64,000 nucleotides of DNA from Candidatus Latescibacterota bacterium (GTDB lineage: Bacteria > Latescibacterota > UBA2968 > UBA8231). The stretch is from assembly GCA_965197905.1 (NCBI GenBank), contig CBDAOB010000004.1:288001-352000 (forward strand). Direction: 5' to 3'. A model generated the notes under the pieces. It saw nothing but the letters and a program-made list of their open reading frames with translations, did no database searches and was not told the origin of the DNA. Both the position numbers and the translations under genes were made by a program. The stretch's first letter is position 1. Every line of letters starts with the position of its first letter. This document shows positions 50,711 through 60,410 of the stretch, piece after piece.

Positions 50711-50934
50711 CTTTACTCGAGCGATTGGAATTGACTCGTTCGAAGGCGATTGATGTCGGCTGCACCTACGATTTCTAACCTTTTGTTCCCCATCTATTTC
50801 CTTATCGATACACGCAAGAGTCCCCGCTTGGCTTTTACTGCCTGCATGATTCGACAGGGACCGAGTACGCGCGAATCGCCGCAAAATTTGCATTCGCTGA
50901 TCTTTCGCTGGGGTCCCTCGGGTTCGAGGCGATA

Positions 50935-51489
50935 ATGCAGAACTCTTGGACTCTTGCGTCCCCAGCGCCGTTGAATAGTGCAAATTGTGCAGAAACGGGT
51001 CTTGCGGACATTTCGCACCTGGTCGACAAGGTGGTTCTAGTTCCCAGGCTCGGGGCGGATACGAAGATTGGAGCCATCAAGGAACTGGTGGACCGGCTGC
51101 ATCATGAGGGCGCCGTTTCGGACAGTCTCAGATTCCTGCAGGCCGTGCTAGAGCGCGACGACTTGCAGAGTACCGTGATCGGCGAGGGCATTGCGTTGCC
51201 CCACGCCCGCAGCAGCGCCGTCACACGTTTGGGAATTGCGGTTGGCCTGGCCCCCAAGCAGATCTCCTACCCATCCGCCGATGACCGCGACGAGGTCCAG
51301 GCGATCGTCCTGGTGGCGGTACCGGCGGATGCCGTCGACTCCTATCTGTCCATTCTCGGCGCCCTGGCATCCGCGCTGGACCGCACCGCAATAATCGAGC
51401 AGCTCCGGAATGCCACTACCTCCAACGACATCATCAAGGTCTTTTCGAACGGCAGCATGGTTCCCCCAAGTCTCCCACAGAAAGGCTAA
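50935..51489 (+). CDS. PTS EIIA domain protein (PtsN/fructose-type)
   Basis: VLERD...STVIGEGIALPHAR with the phosphoacceptor His. Exact start uncertain. Confidence 0.88.
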   Translation: MQNSWTLASPAPLNSANCAETGLADISHLVDKVVLVPRLGADTKIGAIKELVDRLHHEGAVSDSLRFLQAVLERDDLQSTVIGEGIALPHARSSAVTRLGIAVGLAPKQISYPSADDRDEVQAIVLVAVPADAVDSYLSILGALASALDRTAIIEQLRNATTSNDIIKVFSNGSMVPPSLPQKG

Positions 51490-51496
51490 AAAACAG

Positions 51497-52369
51497 ATGG
51501 CTTATGCGATTCAAGAGGCTCTCAACGACGAGGATAGCACGCTTCGCATGTACTTCGAAGACATCTCCAGCTCGACTCCGCTTTCCCGTGAGCGGGAGGT
51601 TGAGCTGTCCGCCCGAATTACCGACGGGGACATGGAAGCCCGAGAAGAACTGGTGCATGCGAACCTTCGATTCGTTATCGACGTGGCCAAGAACTATCAG
51701 AATCGCGGGCTGTCCCTGGCCGACCTCATCAGCGCCGGCAATGTCGGTTTGATGACCGCCGCCGATCGCTTCGACGGAACCAAGGGATACAAGTTCATCT
51801 CCTATGCCGTATGGTGGATCAAACAGTCGATCCTGCAGACCATCGCCGATCATGCCCGCACGGTCAGACTGCCGCTCAACAAGCTTAGCCTGTTGAAGGA
51901 CATCTCTCGCGTATCCCGTCAGTTGGGACAGGGTCGCGAGGCCGAACCTGACGTCGAAGAGATTGCCGCTGTCCTCGAGGTAGCTCCCGAAGACGTGAGA
52001 GATACGGTTCTCAGCGCACGCAGCGTTCGCTCACTCGACGAGTCGTTCGAGGAAGACGATGAACGCAGCCTGATGAACATGCTGGCCGATTCGCGCCAGG
52101 AAGCGCCGGATCAAGGACTGCTCTCCGACTCGGCGCGACAGCACCTTGAAAGCATCCTCTGCAATCTTGACGAGAGGGAGTTTCGCATCATCAAGCTGTA
52201 CTTCGGCCTGGACGGGCACGAGGCACTGACTTTGGAAGAAATCGGAGGCATGATGAGCCTCACGCGCGAGCGCATTCGCCAGCTGAAGGAGCGCGCTCTG
52301 GGCAAACTCCGTCATCCTTCCAGATACGAAGCGCTCGCCTGCCTGGTGGACGGTCGCGAATCTGGCTGA
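51497..52369 (+). CDS. RNA polymerase sigma70 factor, RpoD/SigA-like, lacking region 1.1
   Basis: ANLRFVIDVAKNYQ, GNVGLM, KFISYAVWWIKQ, TLEEIG, TRERIRQ. About 290 aa. Confidence 0.92.
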   Translation: MAYAIQEALNDEDSTLRMYFEDISSSTPLSREREVELSARITDGDMEAREELVHANLRFVIDVAKNYQNRGLSLADLISAGNVGLMTAADRFDGTKGYKFISYAVWWIKQSILQTIADHARTVRLPLNKLSLLKDISRVSRQLGQGREAEPDVEEIAAVLEVAPEDVRDTVLSARSVRSLDESFEEDDERSLMNMLADSRQEAPDQGLLSDSARQHLESILCNLDEREFRIIKLYFGLDGHEALTLEEIGGMMSLTRERIRQLKERALGKLRHPSRYEALACLVDGRESG

Positions 52370-52370
52370 A

Positions 52371-52931
52371 GTGCAGCTGTGCTCGGCAAACATCTGCGTC
52401 TACTGCGGATCGAAGTCAGGCACCCGCTCGACCTACCAGGACGCCGCGATCGCCCTGGGCACCGCTGTTGGACGGCGCGGCCTTGGGTTGGTCTACGGCG
52501 GCGGGAATGTCGGCCTCATGGGGCTCCTCGCCGACGCTGCTCTCGAGAACGGGGCCAGGGTTGTGGGGGTCATTCCGGAAGCCCTTAAAGAGAAGGAACT
52601 CGGCCACCGCGAGCTGCACGAGCTGGTGGTTGTCGACGATATGCACGACCGTAAGGCAATCATGGCGCAGCGAGCCGATGCCTTTGTCGCCCTTCCAGGA
52701 GGTTTCGGAACTCTGGAAGAGCTGTTCGAAGTCGTCGCCTGGAAGCAGCTGGGGTTCCACGACAAACCGATCGCGCTGCTCAATATAGCCGGCTACTTCG
52801 ACCATCTCCTGTCGTTCTTGGATCACGTTCTGCACGAGGGGTTCCTGCGCCCCGAACACCGGGAGATGCTGCTGATCGAAACCGAGGCGGATTCACTTCT
52901 GGACGAACTGCTAAGTCGCCTGCCGAACTAG
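52371..52931 (+). CDS. LOG family (TIGR00730) nucleotide phosphoribohydrolase
   Basis: CVYCGS, YGGGNVGLMG, MHDRK, PGGFGTLEE. Confidence 0.93.
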   Translation: MQLCSANICVYCGSKSGTRSTYQDAAIALGTAVGRRGLGLVYGGGNVGLMGLLADAALENGARVVGVIPEALKEKELGHRELHELVVVDDMHDRKAIMAQRADAFVALPGGFGTLEELFEVVAWKQLGFHDKPIALLNIAGYFDHLLSFLDHVLHEGFLRPEHREMLLIETEADSLLDELLSRLPN

Positions 52932-53034
52932 CGGGGTCCTCAAGTCCAGACGATCGGTCGTCCGCTCTAACTCCGATTGACAGATTCAGGTCCAGTCTGC
53001 TAGTTGGGTACTCGACCGATGGCAGAATCTGGCG

Positions 53035-55037
53035 ATGTCCCTACCTACACCCTCCGATTCACACGACAAGAATTCTGAAGACCTAGCCCGCCGGCTGGAA
53101 GAGACCACCTTCCGGCTCAACCAGAAAATCGTCCAGCTGGAAACACTGCATCAGGCGGGTTTGGCGTTGGCCGCTTCGCTGCAGGTAGAAGAGGTAATGG
53201 GCGAGTCCATGCTTCTCGCCGTGGGCATGGTGGATGCCCACGGCGGATTTCTGTTTCTAAAAGAAGAAACCGGAAATCGATTGGCACTCGCGCGGCATAC
53301 CAACCTGTCGCCGGAACAGATTGTTCTCCTCAGCAATGGCCCGGTGCACGACGAGCTCCAGTTGGCGATGACTCGCAACATACCCTCGGTTTTCGGTCCC
53401 GACGATCTCCCCGACGACCTGGAGATCCAGTTCATGCTGGTAGTTCCGGTCTCCGAGTTGGGATTCATCGGTGTTGTGGACAAAGAGAGTCGCTCCGGTA
53501 TTCAGAGTTTTACCGAAGGCGACGGGCATTTGCTCGACCTGATGGCGCAACAGGCGGGGAGCGCCCTGGCGAACGCTCGCCTCTACCGCAACATGGTGGA
53601 AGAGAAAAATCTGACCCAGAGCATTCTCGGCAGCATCGCGGACGGGTTGGTATCGACCGACCTCGCCGGAAAGATCGTCCGGGTAAACCCGGCAGCGCTG
53701 CGAATATTCTCGGATGAGGAAGACTTCCTCGGTCGCTCGTCGGTAAGGTTCTTCGAGCTCTACGGCTGTGAGCGCATCGCCCAGGCGGTGAGCCTGTCGC
53801 TGAGCGATGGCCGCGAGCGACGAATCGAAAACGAACAGGGAGAGCAGGATTCGTTGAGTCTGAACGCCCATGTAACGCCGCTGCTGAACGAGACCGATGC
53901 GGTTCAAGGAGTCGTCGTTGCCCTCGAAGACCTCACCCCACAAACGCGAATTCAGAGCATGTTCAAGCAGTACGCCAGCGACCAGGTCGTAGACCTTTTG
54001 CTGTCGGCTGACACCCAACCCGCCCTTGGCGGGGAACAGCTTGTTGCGACGATGTTGTTTGTCGACCTGGTGGGTCGACCGAGCTGCTGGGCAAGATCGG
54101 CCCCGAAGAAATGGTAGACCTTCTCAACGACTGTTTTACCCGCCTGGTGGATATCGTATTCGACTACAATGGAACGTTGGATAAGTACATGGGGGACGGC
54201 TTCCTGGCTGTGTTTGGGGTGCCGGTAACCTTCTCCGACGACAGCAAACGAGCGGTGCGCAGCGCCTTGGCCATCCGCTCGGAGATGCGGCGCTTCAGTG
54301 AGGAGAATCAGCAAAACTGGGGGATCAGCATTGGCATCAGCCGCGGTTCGGTGGTTGCCGGCAACATCGGTTCGTTGCGGCGTATGGAGTACACGGTGAT
54401 TGGTCCCGATGTAAATCTCGCGGCCAGGCTGTGCGACAAAGCGCGGTCGGGCGAGATCCTCGTCAGCTCGATCGTTCAAAACGAACTTCAGGACGAATTT
54501 GAATTCGGCTACCTGGGACCGCAACTGTTCAAGGGAACCAGAGAGCCGATTGAGGTATACGAGCTCCTCGGACTACAGGGGACCCCGAAATCGGCGCCGA
54601 TTGCCGTACCCACAATCGAACCTCAGACACAGGCCGCCCGGGTCGACCTGAGCATTCCGATGCTGCCGCAGATGGAGCTCACCGCCAGTCAAACCGCAGA
54701 GGCCGTGGGTGCCTTCATGAATCTTGCCGAGGAGAAGGTAGAAGAGGTCAAGCTGGCGTTGATCGAGGCATGTATCAACGCTTTCGAACATAGTCAGGCG
54801 AAGGATCGGCGGCTGCAGATCGATTTGGAGGCGGGGGAGAAGGAGCTCGTAATCAAAGTATCCGACCGCGGCCACGGCTTCGACATTGTTTCGGTGCGCG
54901 AGGACCTGGACCGGCGGCGCCGTGACGGCAACAAGAAGCGGGGTTGGGGTCTGGAATTGATGCGGCAGCTGATGGATGAGGTAGATCTGCAGTCTGGAAG
55001 CGACGGAACGACGATCACTCTGGTCAAACGTCGTTAG
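53035..55037 (+). CDS. GAF-PAS-class III adenylate cyclase-RsbW-like HATPase fusion, split by a -1 frameshift at 54072-54074
   Basis: Adding one G restores MLFVDLVGSTELLGKIGPEEMVDLLN. Then DKYMGDG and YTVIGPDVNLAARL. C-terminal EACINAFEH, SDRGHGFD, RGWGLELM. Confidence 0.85.
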
Positions 55038-55051
55038 GCAGAATCCCGACG

Positions 55052-55984
55052 TTAGGCGGTATCTCGCAGCCCGTTTAGCTCGTCGCGGATGGAAGCGGCG
55101 CGCTCGAATTCTTCCTGGTCGACCGCCTCTTGCAGCTCCTGCTCCAAACTTTCGGTGCGACTCGGTGGCCGACTGGATCTCAGGGACTCCTCCAACTCGT
55201 CCAACGCTTCGTGAGAGCGTTTCCGCTCGGCGAAGAACTCTTCGGCATCCACCTCCGCCAGGTCGTCGATCTGCTCTCTCGCTTCCCCGACGATCTCCAG
55301 GGCGCTGTCGAAGTCGCCGCGGCCCTGCGCCACCATTGAGCGAGCGGTTGCGTTGATGCGCAGTATATAGGGCCACCACTTCTCCAGATTGAGTCGGTCT
55401 TCCTCCCCTTCGCCATACGTATTGACGAAGCGAAACAGTTCCATGTTGCGTTCCGTGTCCCGGACCACTCTGTCGTAATCCTTAATCTGTAACAGAAAGG
55501 CGTAGCGGCCATAAACTCGCGCGCCTTCTTCGAAGAGTTCCTGACAGGCAGCGCCGTCCAGTGAAAAACCGGTGTCATCCTGATTCTCGCGACGATGCAC
55601 GTCGAGAAGACCACAATAATAATCCAACGCGAAGTCGCGGCCGTGAGGTTTCTTGCCGTCCGGTCGGCCGTCGAGGCTTAGCTGCAAGATGCCCTGGAAA
55701 GCACCTTGGTCCACGCGCACCTGAACCTTCTGAACCCCGTCGGCTCCCGTGATCTTCCTGACGTTCGAGTCGGGATTGAAATTCCAGGCCTGGATGAGCG
55801 GCGTTAGATCCTGCTCCTCCCCAGCCTCAGCGGATTTATCTGGTTCGAACTGCTCCACGAAGGTATGATATCCCGCAGGAGTTCGGCTGTCAAACTTCGT
55901 TGCCCCCCGATCGCGGGGACTTGCAAGCCCACTAACTACAGGGCCCGAACCGAGACCAGCAACCCACTCCTTATAATCTTCCAC
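55052..55984 (-). CDS. UvrB/UvrC motif-containing hypothetical protein
   Basis: C-terminal LQEAVDQEEFERAASIRDEL and DGRPDGKKPHG. True start may be GTG 55858. Confidence 0.75.
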   Translation of the reverse strand: MEDYKEWVAGLGSGPVVSGLASPRDRGATKFDSRTPAGYHTFVEQFEPDKSAEAGEEQDLTPLIQAWNFNPDSNVRKITGADGVQKVQVRVDQGAFQGILQLSLDGRPDGKKPHGRDFALDYYCGLLDVHRRENQDDTGFSLDGAACQELFEEGARVYGRYAFLLQIKDYDRVVRDTERNMELFRFVNTYGEGEEDRLNLEKWWPYILRINATARSMVAQGRGDFDSALEIVGEAREQIDDLAEVDAEEFFAERKRSHEALDELEESLRSSRPPSRTESLEQELQEAVDQEEFERAASIRDELNGLRDTA

Positions 55985-56064
55985 AGCTTTGCAGATTTTT
56001 ACGAAGTGGTGTAATATTGAGGGTAGCTGATCATAAAAAGGGACCTATGGACAACTCAGATATT

Positions 56065-56138
56065 GGACAAAAATGAAGATTTTTGACATATTTACGACGT
56101 ATTTGTCAAGTTAGATAGATTTAGCAACGAAATTGTAG
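56065..56138. promoter_or_regulatory. three 14-bp dyad boxes at 30-bp period upstream of the NifA-like gene
   Basis: GGACAAAAATGAAG (56065), CGACGTATTTGTCA (56095), CAACGAAATTGTAG (56125). Confidence 0.6.
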
Positions 56139-56166
56139 TGTGTCTTAGCGCCGTAAAAGGAAGTTA

Positions 56167-57717
56167 ATGAATACTTCGGTCGCCAATGTAGAGAAAGCGC
56201 AGAGACAGGTGGAGGTACTGCACGAGATGGGGCAGACCCTCGGCGCTAGCTCTGATTTGGAGGAAGCCTTGCGCGGATGTCTGAAACTCCTGTGCGATCG
56301 CATGGATATGGCCCTCGGCACCGTAAGCCTGGTCGGGCGGGAGGGGGAGGACATATCTATCGACGTGGCGTATGGTCTGTCGCGCAGGGAGATCGAACGT
56401 GGCCGCTACAAGATGGGCGAGGGCATTACCGGCAAGGTGGTGGAATCGGGCAAACCGGTGATCGTACCCCGGATTAGTAGCGAGCCCCTGTTTCTGGACC
56501 GCACCGGGGCGCGGAAGCGGACGCGAAAGTCTCAAACATCGTTCGTATGCGTTCCGGTAGTCGTGCAGAAACGGGCAAACGGCACCTTGAGCGTCGACAC
56601 CCCGTACAGGGACGACCACCTGCTCCAGGAGAACGTCCGTTTTCTGACGATAGTGGCGACCATGATTGGTCAGTCGGTGGCTGCCCGCAAAGCTGCGCGC
56701 CAGGAACGCAGCCGCCTGCTCAACGAGAACAAACGCTTACAGGACGAGCTTCGCGAGCGGTTCCACCCTGCCAATATCGTCGGCAACTCGCGCCCGATGC
56801 AGGAGGTGGGCGAGATGGTAGGTCAAGTGGCGCCGAGCTCGGCAACCGTGCTTCTCCGGGGCGAGAGCGGTACGGGCAAGGAGATGATTGCGGACGCCCT
56901 GCACTTCAACAGCCTTCGAGCCAACAAACCGTTCGTCAAGGTACACCTGGCAGCCCTTCCGGAGAGCCTCGTTGAAAGCGAGCTATTCGGACATGAGAAA
57001 GGTGCGTTTACAGGCGCATCCGCCAGCAAAGAGGGTCGTTTCGAGCGTGCGCACCAGGGCACACTGTTCCTCGATGAAATCGGCGAGCTCAGCCCATCCA
57101 TCCAGATAAAGTTGTTGAGAGTCCTGCAGTCTCAAGAAGTGGAACGACTCGGTGGCACCAAACCAGTGTCGGTGGATGTCCGGGTCATAGCCGCGACCCA
57201 CGTAAACCTCGAGACAGCAGTCGCCAACGGCCGTTTCCGCGAGGATCTTTTCTACCGACTGAACGTCTTCCCGATCTTCCTGCCCCCCCTGCGGGAGCGA
57301 AAATCCGACATCCTGCTGCTTGCCGACAGCTTCCTCGAGAAATACGCCCGCCAGCACGGCAAGGATCTCAAACGGATGTCCACCCCCGCCATCGACATGC
57401 TGATGAGCTACCATTGGCCAGGAAATGTGCGCGAGCTGGAGAATTGCGTCGAACGCGCGGTCATCCTCAGCTCTGACGGGGTCGTCCACGGGCACCACCT
57501 ACCACCCTCTCTGCAGACAGCGTCAGCAACCGGCACTCCGGTATCCGGCTCGTTCGAGGCCCTGATGAACTCCTACGAGAAGGAGATTCTGGTAGAGGCG
57601 TTGAAAAACGCTCGCGGCAATATGGCCAAGGCGGCCCGAATGATCGGCACCACCCAACGAATTCTCGCCTACCGAACCCGCAAACTGGACATCGACTCCA
57701 CACATTTCAAAAAGTAG
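56167..57717 (+). CDS. NifA-like GAF-AAA+-HTH sigma54 activator
   Basis: GAF ([19 protein letters not shown]), [34 protein letters not shown]. No nif genes in the window. Confidence 0.92.
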   Translation: MNTSVANVEKAQRQVEVLHEMGQTLGASSDLEEALRGCLKLLCDRMDMALGTVSLVGREGEDISIDVAYGLSRREIERGRYKMGEGITGKVVESGKPVIVPRISSEPLFLDRTGARKRTRKSQTSFVCVPVVVQKRANGTLSVDTPYRDDHLLQENVRFLTIVATMIGQSVAARKAARQERSRLLNENKRLQDELRERFHPANIVGNSRPMQEVGEMVGQVAPSSATVLLRGESGTGKEMIADALHFNSLRANKPFVKVHLAALPESLVESELFGHEKGAFTGASASKEGRFERAHQGTLFLDEIGELSPSIQIKLLRVLQSQEVERLGGTKPVSVDVRVIAATHVNLETAVANGRFREDLFYRLNVFPIFLPPLRERKSDILLLADSFLEKYARQHGKDLKRMSTPAIDMLMSYHWPGNVRELENCVERAVILSSDGVVHGHHLPPSLQTASATGTPVSGSFEALMNSYEKEILVEALKNARGNMAKAARMIGTTQRILAYRTRKLDIDSTHFKK

Positions 57718-57771
57718 CGAGACCAGGCCGAGGACTGGCTCCTCGAATCCCCCTGATCTGATTCGTAGATT

Positions 57772-57815
57772 CGACGAAAATGTTGGCGTTTATCCGGATA
57801 ACGACATTTTTGTTC
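57772..57815. promoter_or_regulatory. two 14-bp dyad boxes (putative upstream activator sites), 30 bp apart
   Basis: CGACGAAAATGTTG (57772) and CGACATTTTTGTTC (57802), about 100-145 bp upstream of the sigma54 promoter. Confidence 0.65.
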
Positions 57816-57916
57816 AGAACAGTGTCGTCCCACCTTTTACCGGCCATCCTCTTCACAGATTCTTAAATCTCAAATAAACAATAACTAAGAGCTTCCCGAG
57901 AAAGGCTGCTTGGTGC

Positions 57917-57933
57917 TTGGCATCCCGCTTGCT
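57917..57933 (+). promoter_or_regulatory. sigma54 promoter of amtB-glnK: TTGGCATCCCGCTTGCT
   Basis: GG(57919-20)-N10-GC(57931-32), near-consensus TGGCA-N6-TTGCW. AT-rich tract at about 57859-57889. Confidence 0.85.
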
Positions 57934-58025
57934 ACCAACAGCCGCTTTAAGCGCGCTGCTCGGGCCCGGCACTCATCGGAGGAGGTGCTGACGCCCCATT
58001 TTCGAATCTTCCATAGGAGGGAGCC

Positions 58026-59345
58026 ATGCTCAAATTGCTGACACCGATGTTCCTGCTCGCTGGGGCGGGCGCGGCTTTCGGTGCTGATTTCAAGACCGTG
58101 GAGGAGTTTCAAAACACCCCCCTGGTCTATCCCAAGTTCGTCGTCGACAACTTGTGGATACTCATTGCCGCCGCCCTGGTTTTTATCATGCACCTGGGTT
58201 TTGCCACCTTGGAGTCGGGCCTCACTCGTCAGAAGAACACGGTGAACATCCTCTTCAAGAATCTCTTTATCATCTCGGTCGGTTTGATCACCTACGCGTT
58301 GACCGGTTTCCACACGATGTATCCGGGTGATTTCAACGGCTACCTCTCCATCCAGGGCGCTCTCGGTTTTAGCGGGGACATGGCCAACCTTACTTCGGCC
58401 TACGCGAACTACACCTATTGGACCGATTTCATCTTCCAGGCCATGTTCGCCGCCACCGCGGCGACTATCGTTTCCGGCGCCGTTGCCGAGCGGGTCAAGC
58501 TGCCCAGTTTCATGTTCTACGCCACTATTCTGGTCGCCTTCTTCTACCCCATCGCCGGATCCTGGAAATGGGGGGGCGGCTGGCTCGACCAGATGGGGTT
58601 CTACGATTTCGCCGGTTCCAGCATCGTACATGCTTTCGGCGGATTCTCTGCCCTGGCCTGTGTGCTGTTTCTCGGCCCGCGCAACGGCAAGTACACCGAG
58701 TCTGGAGAAGTGAGACCCATTCTGGGCCACAGTATGCCGCTGGCGACCATCGGTGTCTTCTTGCTGTGGCTCGGGTGGTTCGGTTTCAACGGCGGCTCAG
58801 TGCTGAGTGCGGAGCCGGGAGCGCTCTCCCTGGTATTCGTCACGACCTCGCTGGCTGCCGCGGCCGGCTGCCTCGGCGCCATGTTCCTGTCGATGATCTA
58901 CCTCAAGAAGCCGGACATCACCATGGCATTGAACGGCGTTCTGGCAGGGTTGGTCGGCATCACCGCCGGCGCCGACTCGGTCACCTGGATCGGGGCTATC
59001 CTGATCGGCTTGATCGCCGGGTGCATCGTCGTGTTCGCTATCGTCTTCATCGATCGGATCAAGATCGACGACCCGGTGGGTGCGATCTCAGTGCATGGAA
59101 TCTGCGGAATATGGGGCACGGTCGCCGTCGGTATCTTCAGCACTAACGAGGCTCACACCGTCGGTACCCAGATTATCGGAACCCTCTCCTACGCCATCTT
59201 CGCGTTCGTGGCTTCCGCGATTTTGATCGCCGTCATCAAAGCTACGGTGGGCATCCGCGTCAGCGCGGAGGAGGAGGAAGAAGGATTGGATATCGGTGAA
59301 CACGGCCAGCCTTCGTACGCAGACTTTCATCCCATCCACAACTGA
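58026..59345 (+). CDS. amtB: ammonium transporter
   Basis: GFATLESG, FQAMFA, SGAVAER, DFAGSSIVH, GWFGFN, DDPVGAISVH (twin His). Signal peptide. Confidence 0.96.
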   Translation: MLKLLTPMFLLAGAGAAFGADFKTVEEFQNTPLVYPKFVVDNLWILIAAALVFIMHLGFATLESGLTRQKNTVNILFKNLFIISVGLITYALTGFHTMYPGDFNGYLSIQGALGFSGDMANLTSAYANYTYWTDFIFQAMFAATAATIVSGAVAERVKLPSFMFYATILVAFFYPIAGSWKWGGGWLDQMGFYDFAGSSIVHAFGGFSALACVLFLGPRNGKYTESGEVRPILGHSMPLATIGVFLLWLGWFGFNGGSVLSAEPGALSLVFVTTSLAAAAGCLGAMFLSMIYLKKPDITMALNGVLAGLVGITAGADSVTWIGAILIGLIAGCIVVFAIVFIDRIKIDDPVGAISVHGICGIWGTVAVGIFSTNEAHTVGTQIIGTLSYAIFAFVASAILIAVIKATVGIRVSAEEEEEGLDIGEHGQPSYADFHPIHN

Positions 59346-59362
59346 TCGGTCAGGAGATTGAT

Positions 59363-59701
59363 ATGTACAAAATTGAAGCCTTTTTGCGTCCTGCCGCGCT
59401 GGAACCGGTGCAGGAGGCCCTGGCAAAGATCGACATCGCGGGCATGTCGGTAATCGAAGTCCGCGGATTTGGTCGACAACACGGCCACCGAGAGGTGTAT
59501 AGAGGGGCTGAGTATAGAGTCGACTTCGTTCCGAAGATCAAGGTGGAAATTGCTGTTACCGAAGGCGATCGGGACCGTGCGATCGACGCCATCGCCGCCG
59601 CTGCCAAGACCGGCAAGGTCGGTGACGGCAAGGTCTTTGTTGTTCCCATCGAAAATGCCGTGCGCATCCGCACCGGAGAATCGGGCGACAGCGCTCTGTA
59701 A
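59363..59701 (+). CDS. glnK: P-II nitrogen regulatory protein
   Basis: 112 aa. GFGRQ, YRGAEY T-loop, TGKVGDGKVF, RIRTGE. Adjacent to amtB. Confidence 0.95.
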   Translation: MYKIEAFLRPAALEPVQEALAKIDIAGMSVIEVRGFGRQHGHREVYRGAEYRVDFVPKIKVEIAVTEGDRDRAIDAIAAAAKTGKVGDGKVFVVPIENAVRIRTGESGDSAL

Positions 59702-59759
59702 GATCACCAAACAAACGGGCGCATTGGTGCCCAGACATCTTTACCCAAGGAGGAACCTC

Positions 59760-60401
59760 TTGAGCAAGCAGATTATCAAACTACTGGGTTTCGTAGCAGC
59801 GCTTACCACCGCCGTGCCCGCCGCGAACGCAGAGGTTGGCATGGGTGCCGACGTGGTGAGCCGCTACGTATGGCGGGGTACCGATTTCGGCAACTCCGCA
59901 TCGGTGCAGCCGTTTATTTCCTACACCATGGGAGCCATCGAGATAGGCGCCTGGTCTTCGTGGGCGATCTCCGCTGGCGGCGCCAACGAGAACGATCTTT
60001 ACGCCACCTATTCGGCGGGGCCGCTTTCGGTGACCCTTACCGACTACTTCTTCCCAACCGCCCAGGAATCGGACTTTTTCAGTTTCAGCGACGGCGACGA
60101 GGAGCATGTCCTTGAGATCTCGGCCGCCTATGAAATGGGAGCCTTGAGTGTTATGGGAGCCTTCAACTTCTCGGGCGACCCGGACAATTCGTTCTACGTT
60201 GAGGGCGGCTACGAGCTCTTGGCCGACGACGACATGACCGTCGGCCTGTCGGTTGGCGCCGGCAACGAAGTCTACGCGGTCGATGCCGATCCGATGATTG
60301 TCGCCGTGGGACTGAACGTCACCAAGGGCGCGTATATGGCTTCCTACATCTTGAATCCGGAAGCGGAGACCACCTTTCTCGTATTCGGCCGCAGCTTCTG
60401 A
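59760..60401 (+). CDS. outer-membrane beta-barrel (TorF-like putative porin)
   Basis: TTG 59760 with AGGAGG RBS. Signal peptide, ADVVSRYVWRG, GAWSS, ENDLY, terminal Phe. Confidence 0.75.
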   Translation: MSKQIIKLLGFVAALTTAVPAANAEVGMGADVVSRYVWRGTDFGNSASVQPFISYTMGAIEIGAWSSWAISAGGANENDLYATYSAGPLSVTLTDYFFPTAQESDFFSFSDGDEEHVLEISAAYEMGALSVMGAFNFSGDPDNSFYVEGGYELLADDDMTVGLSVGAGNEVYAVDADPMIVAVGLNVTKGAYMASYILNPEAETTFLVFGRSF

Positions 60402-60410
60402 GCACACGAC

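Noticed and set aside
54061..54120. Programmed ribosomal frameshift in the cyclase gene
   Set aside because: No X-XXY-YYZ slippery heptamer at the junction, and the break cuts the catalytic domain. A missing G explains it more simply.
56167..57717. Calling the GAF sigma54 activator nifA and inferring nitrogen fixation
   Set aside because: No nif genes are in the window, no TGT-N10-ACA site was seen at its apparent target, and that target is amtB-glnK.
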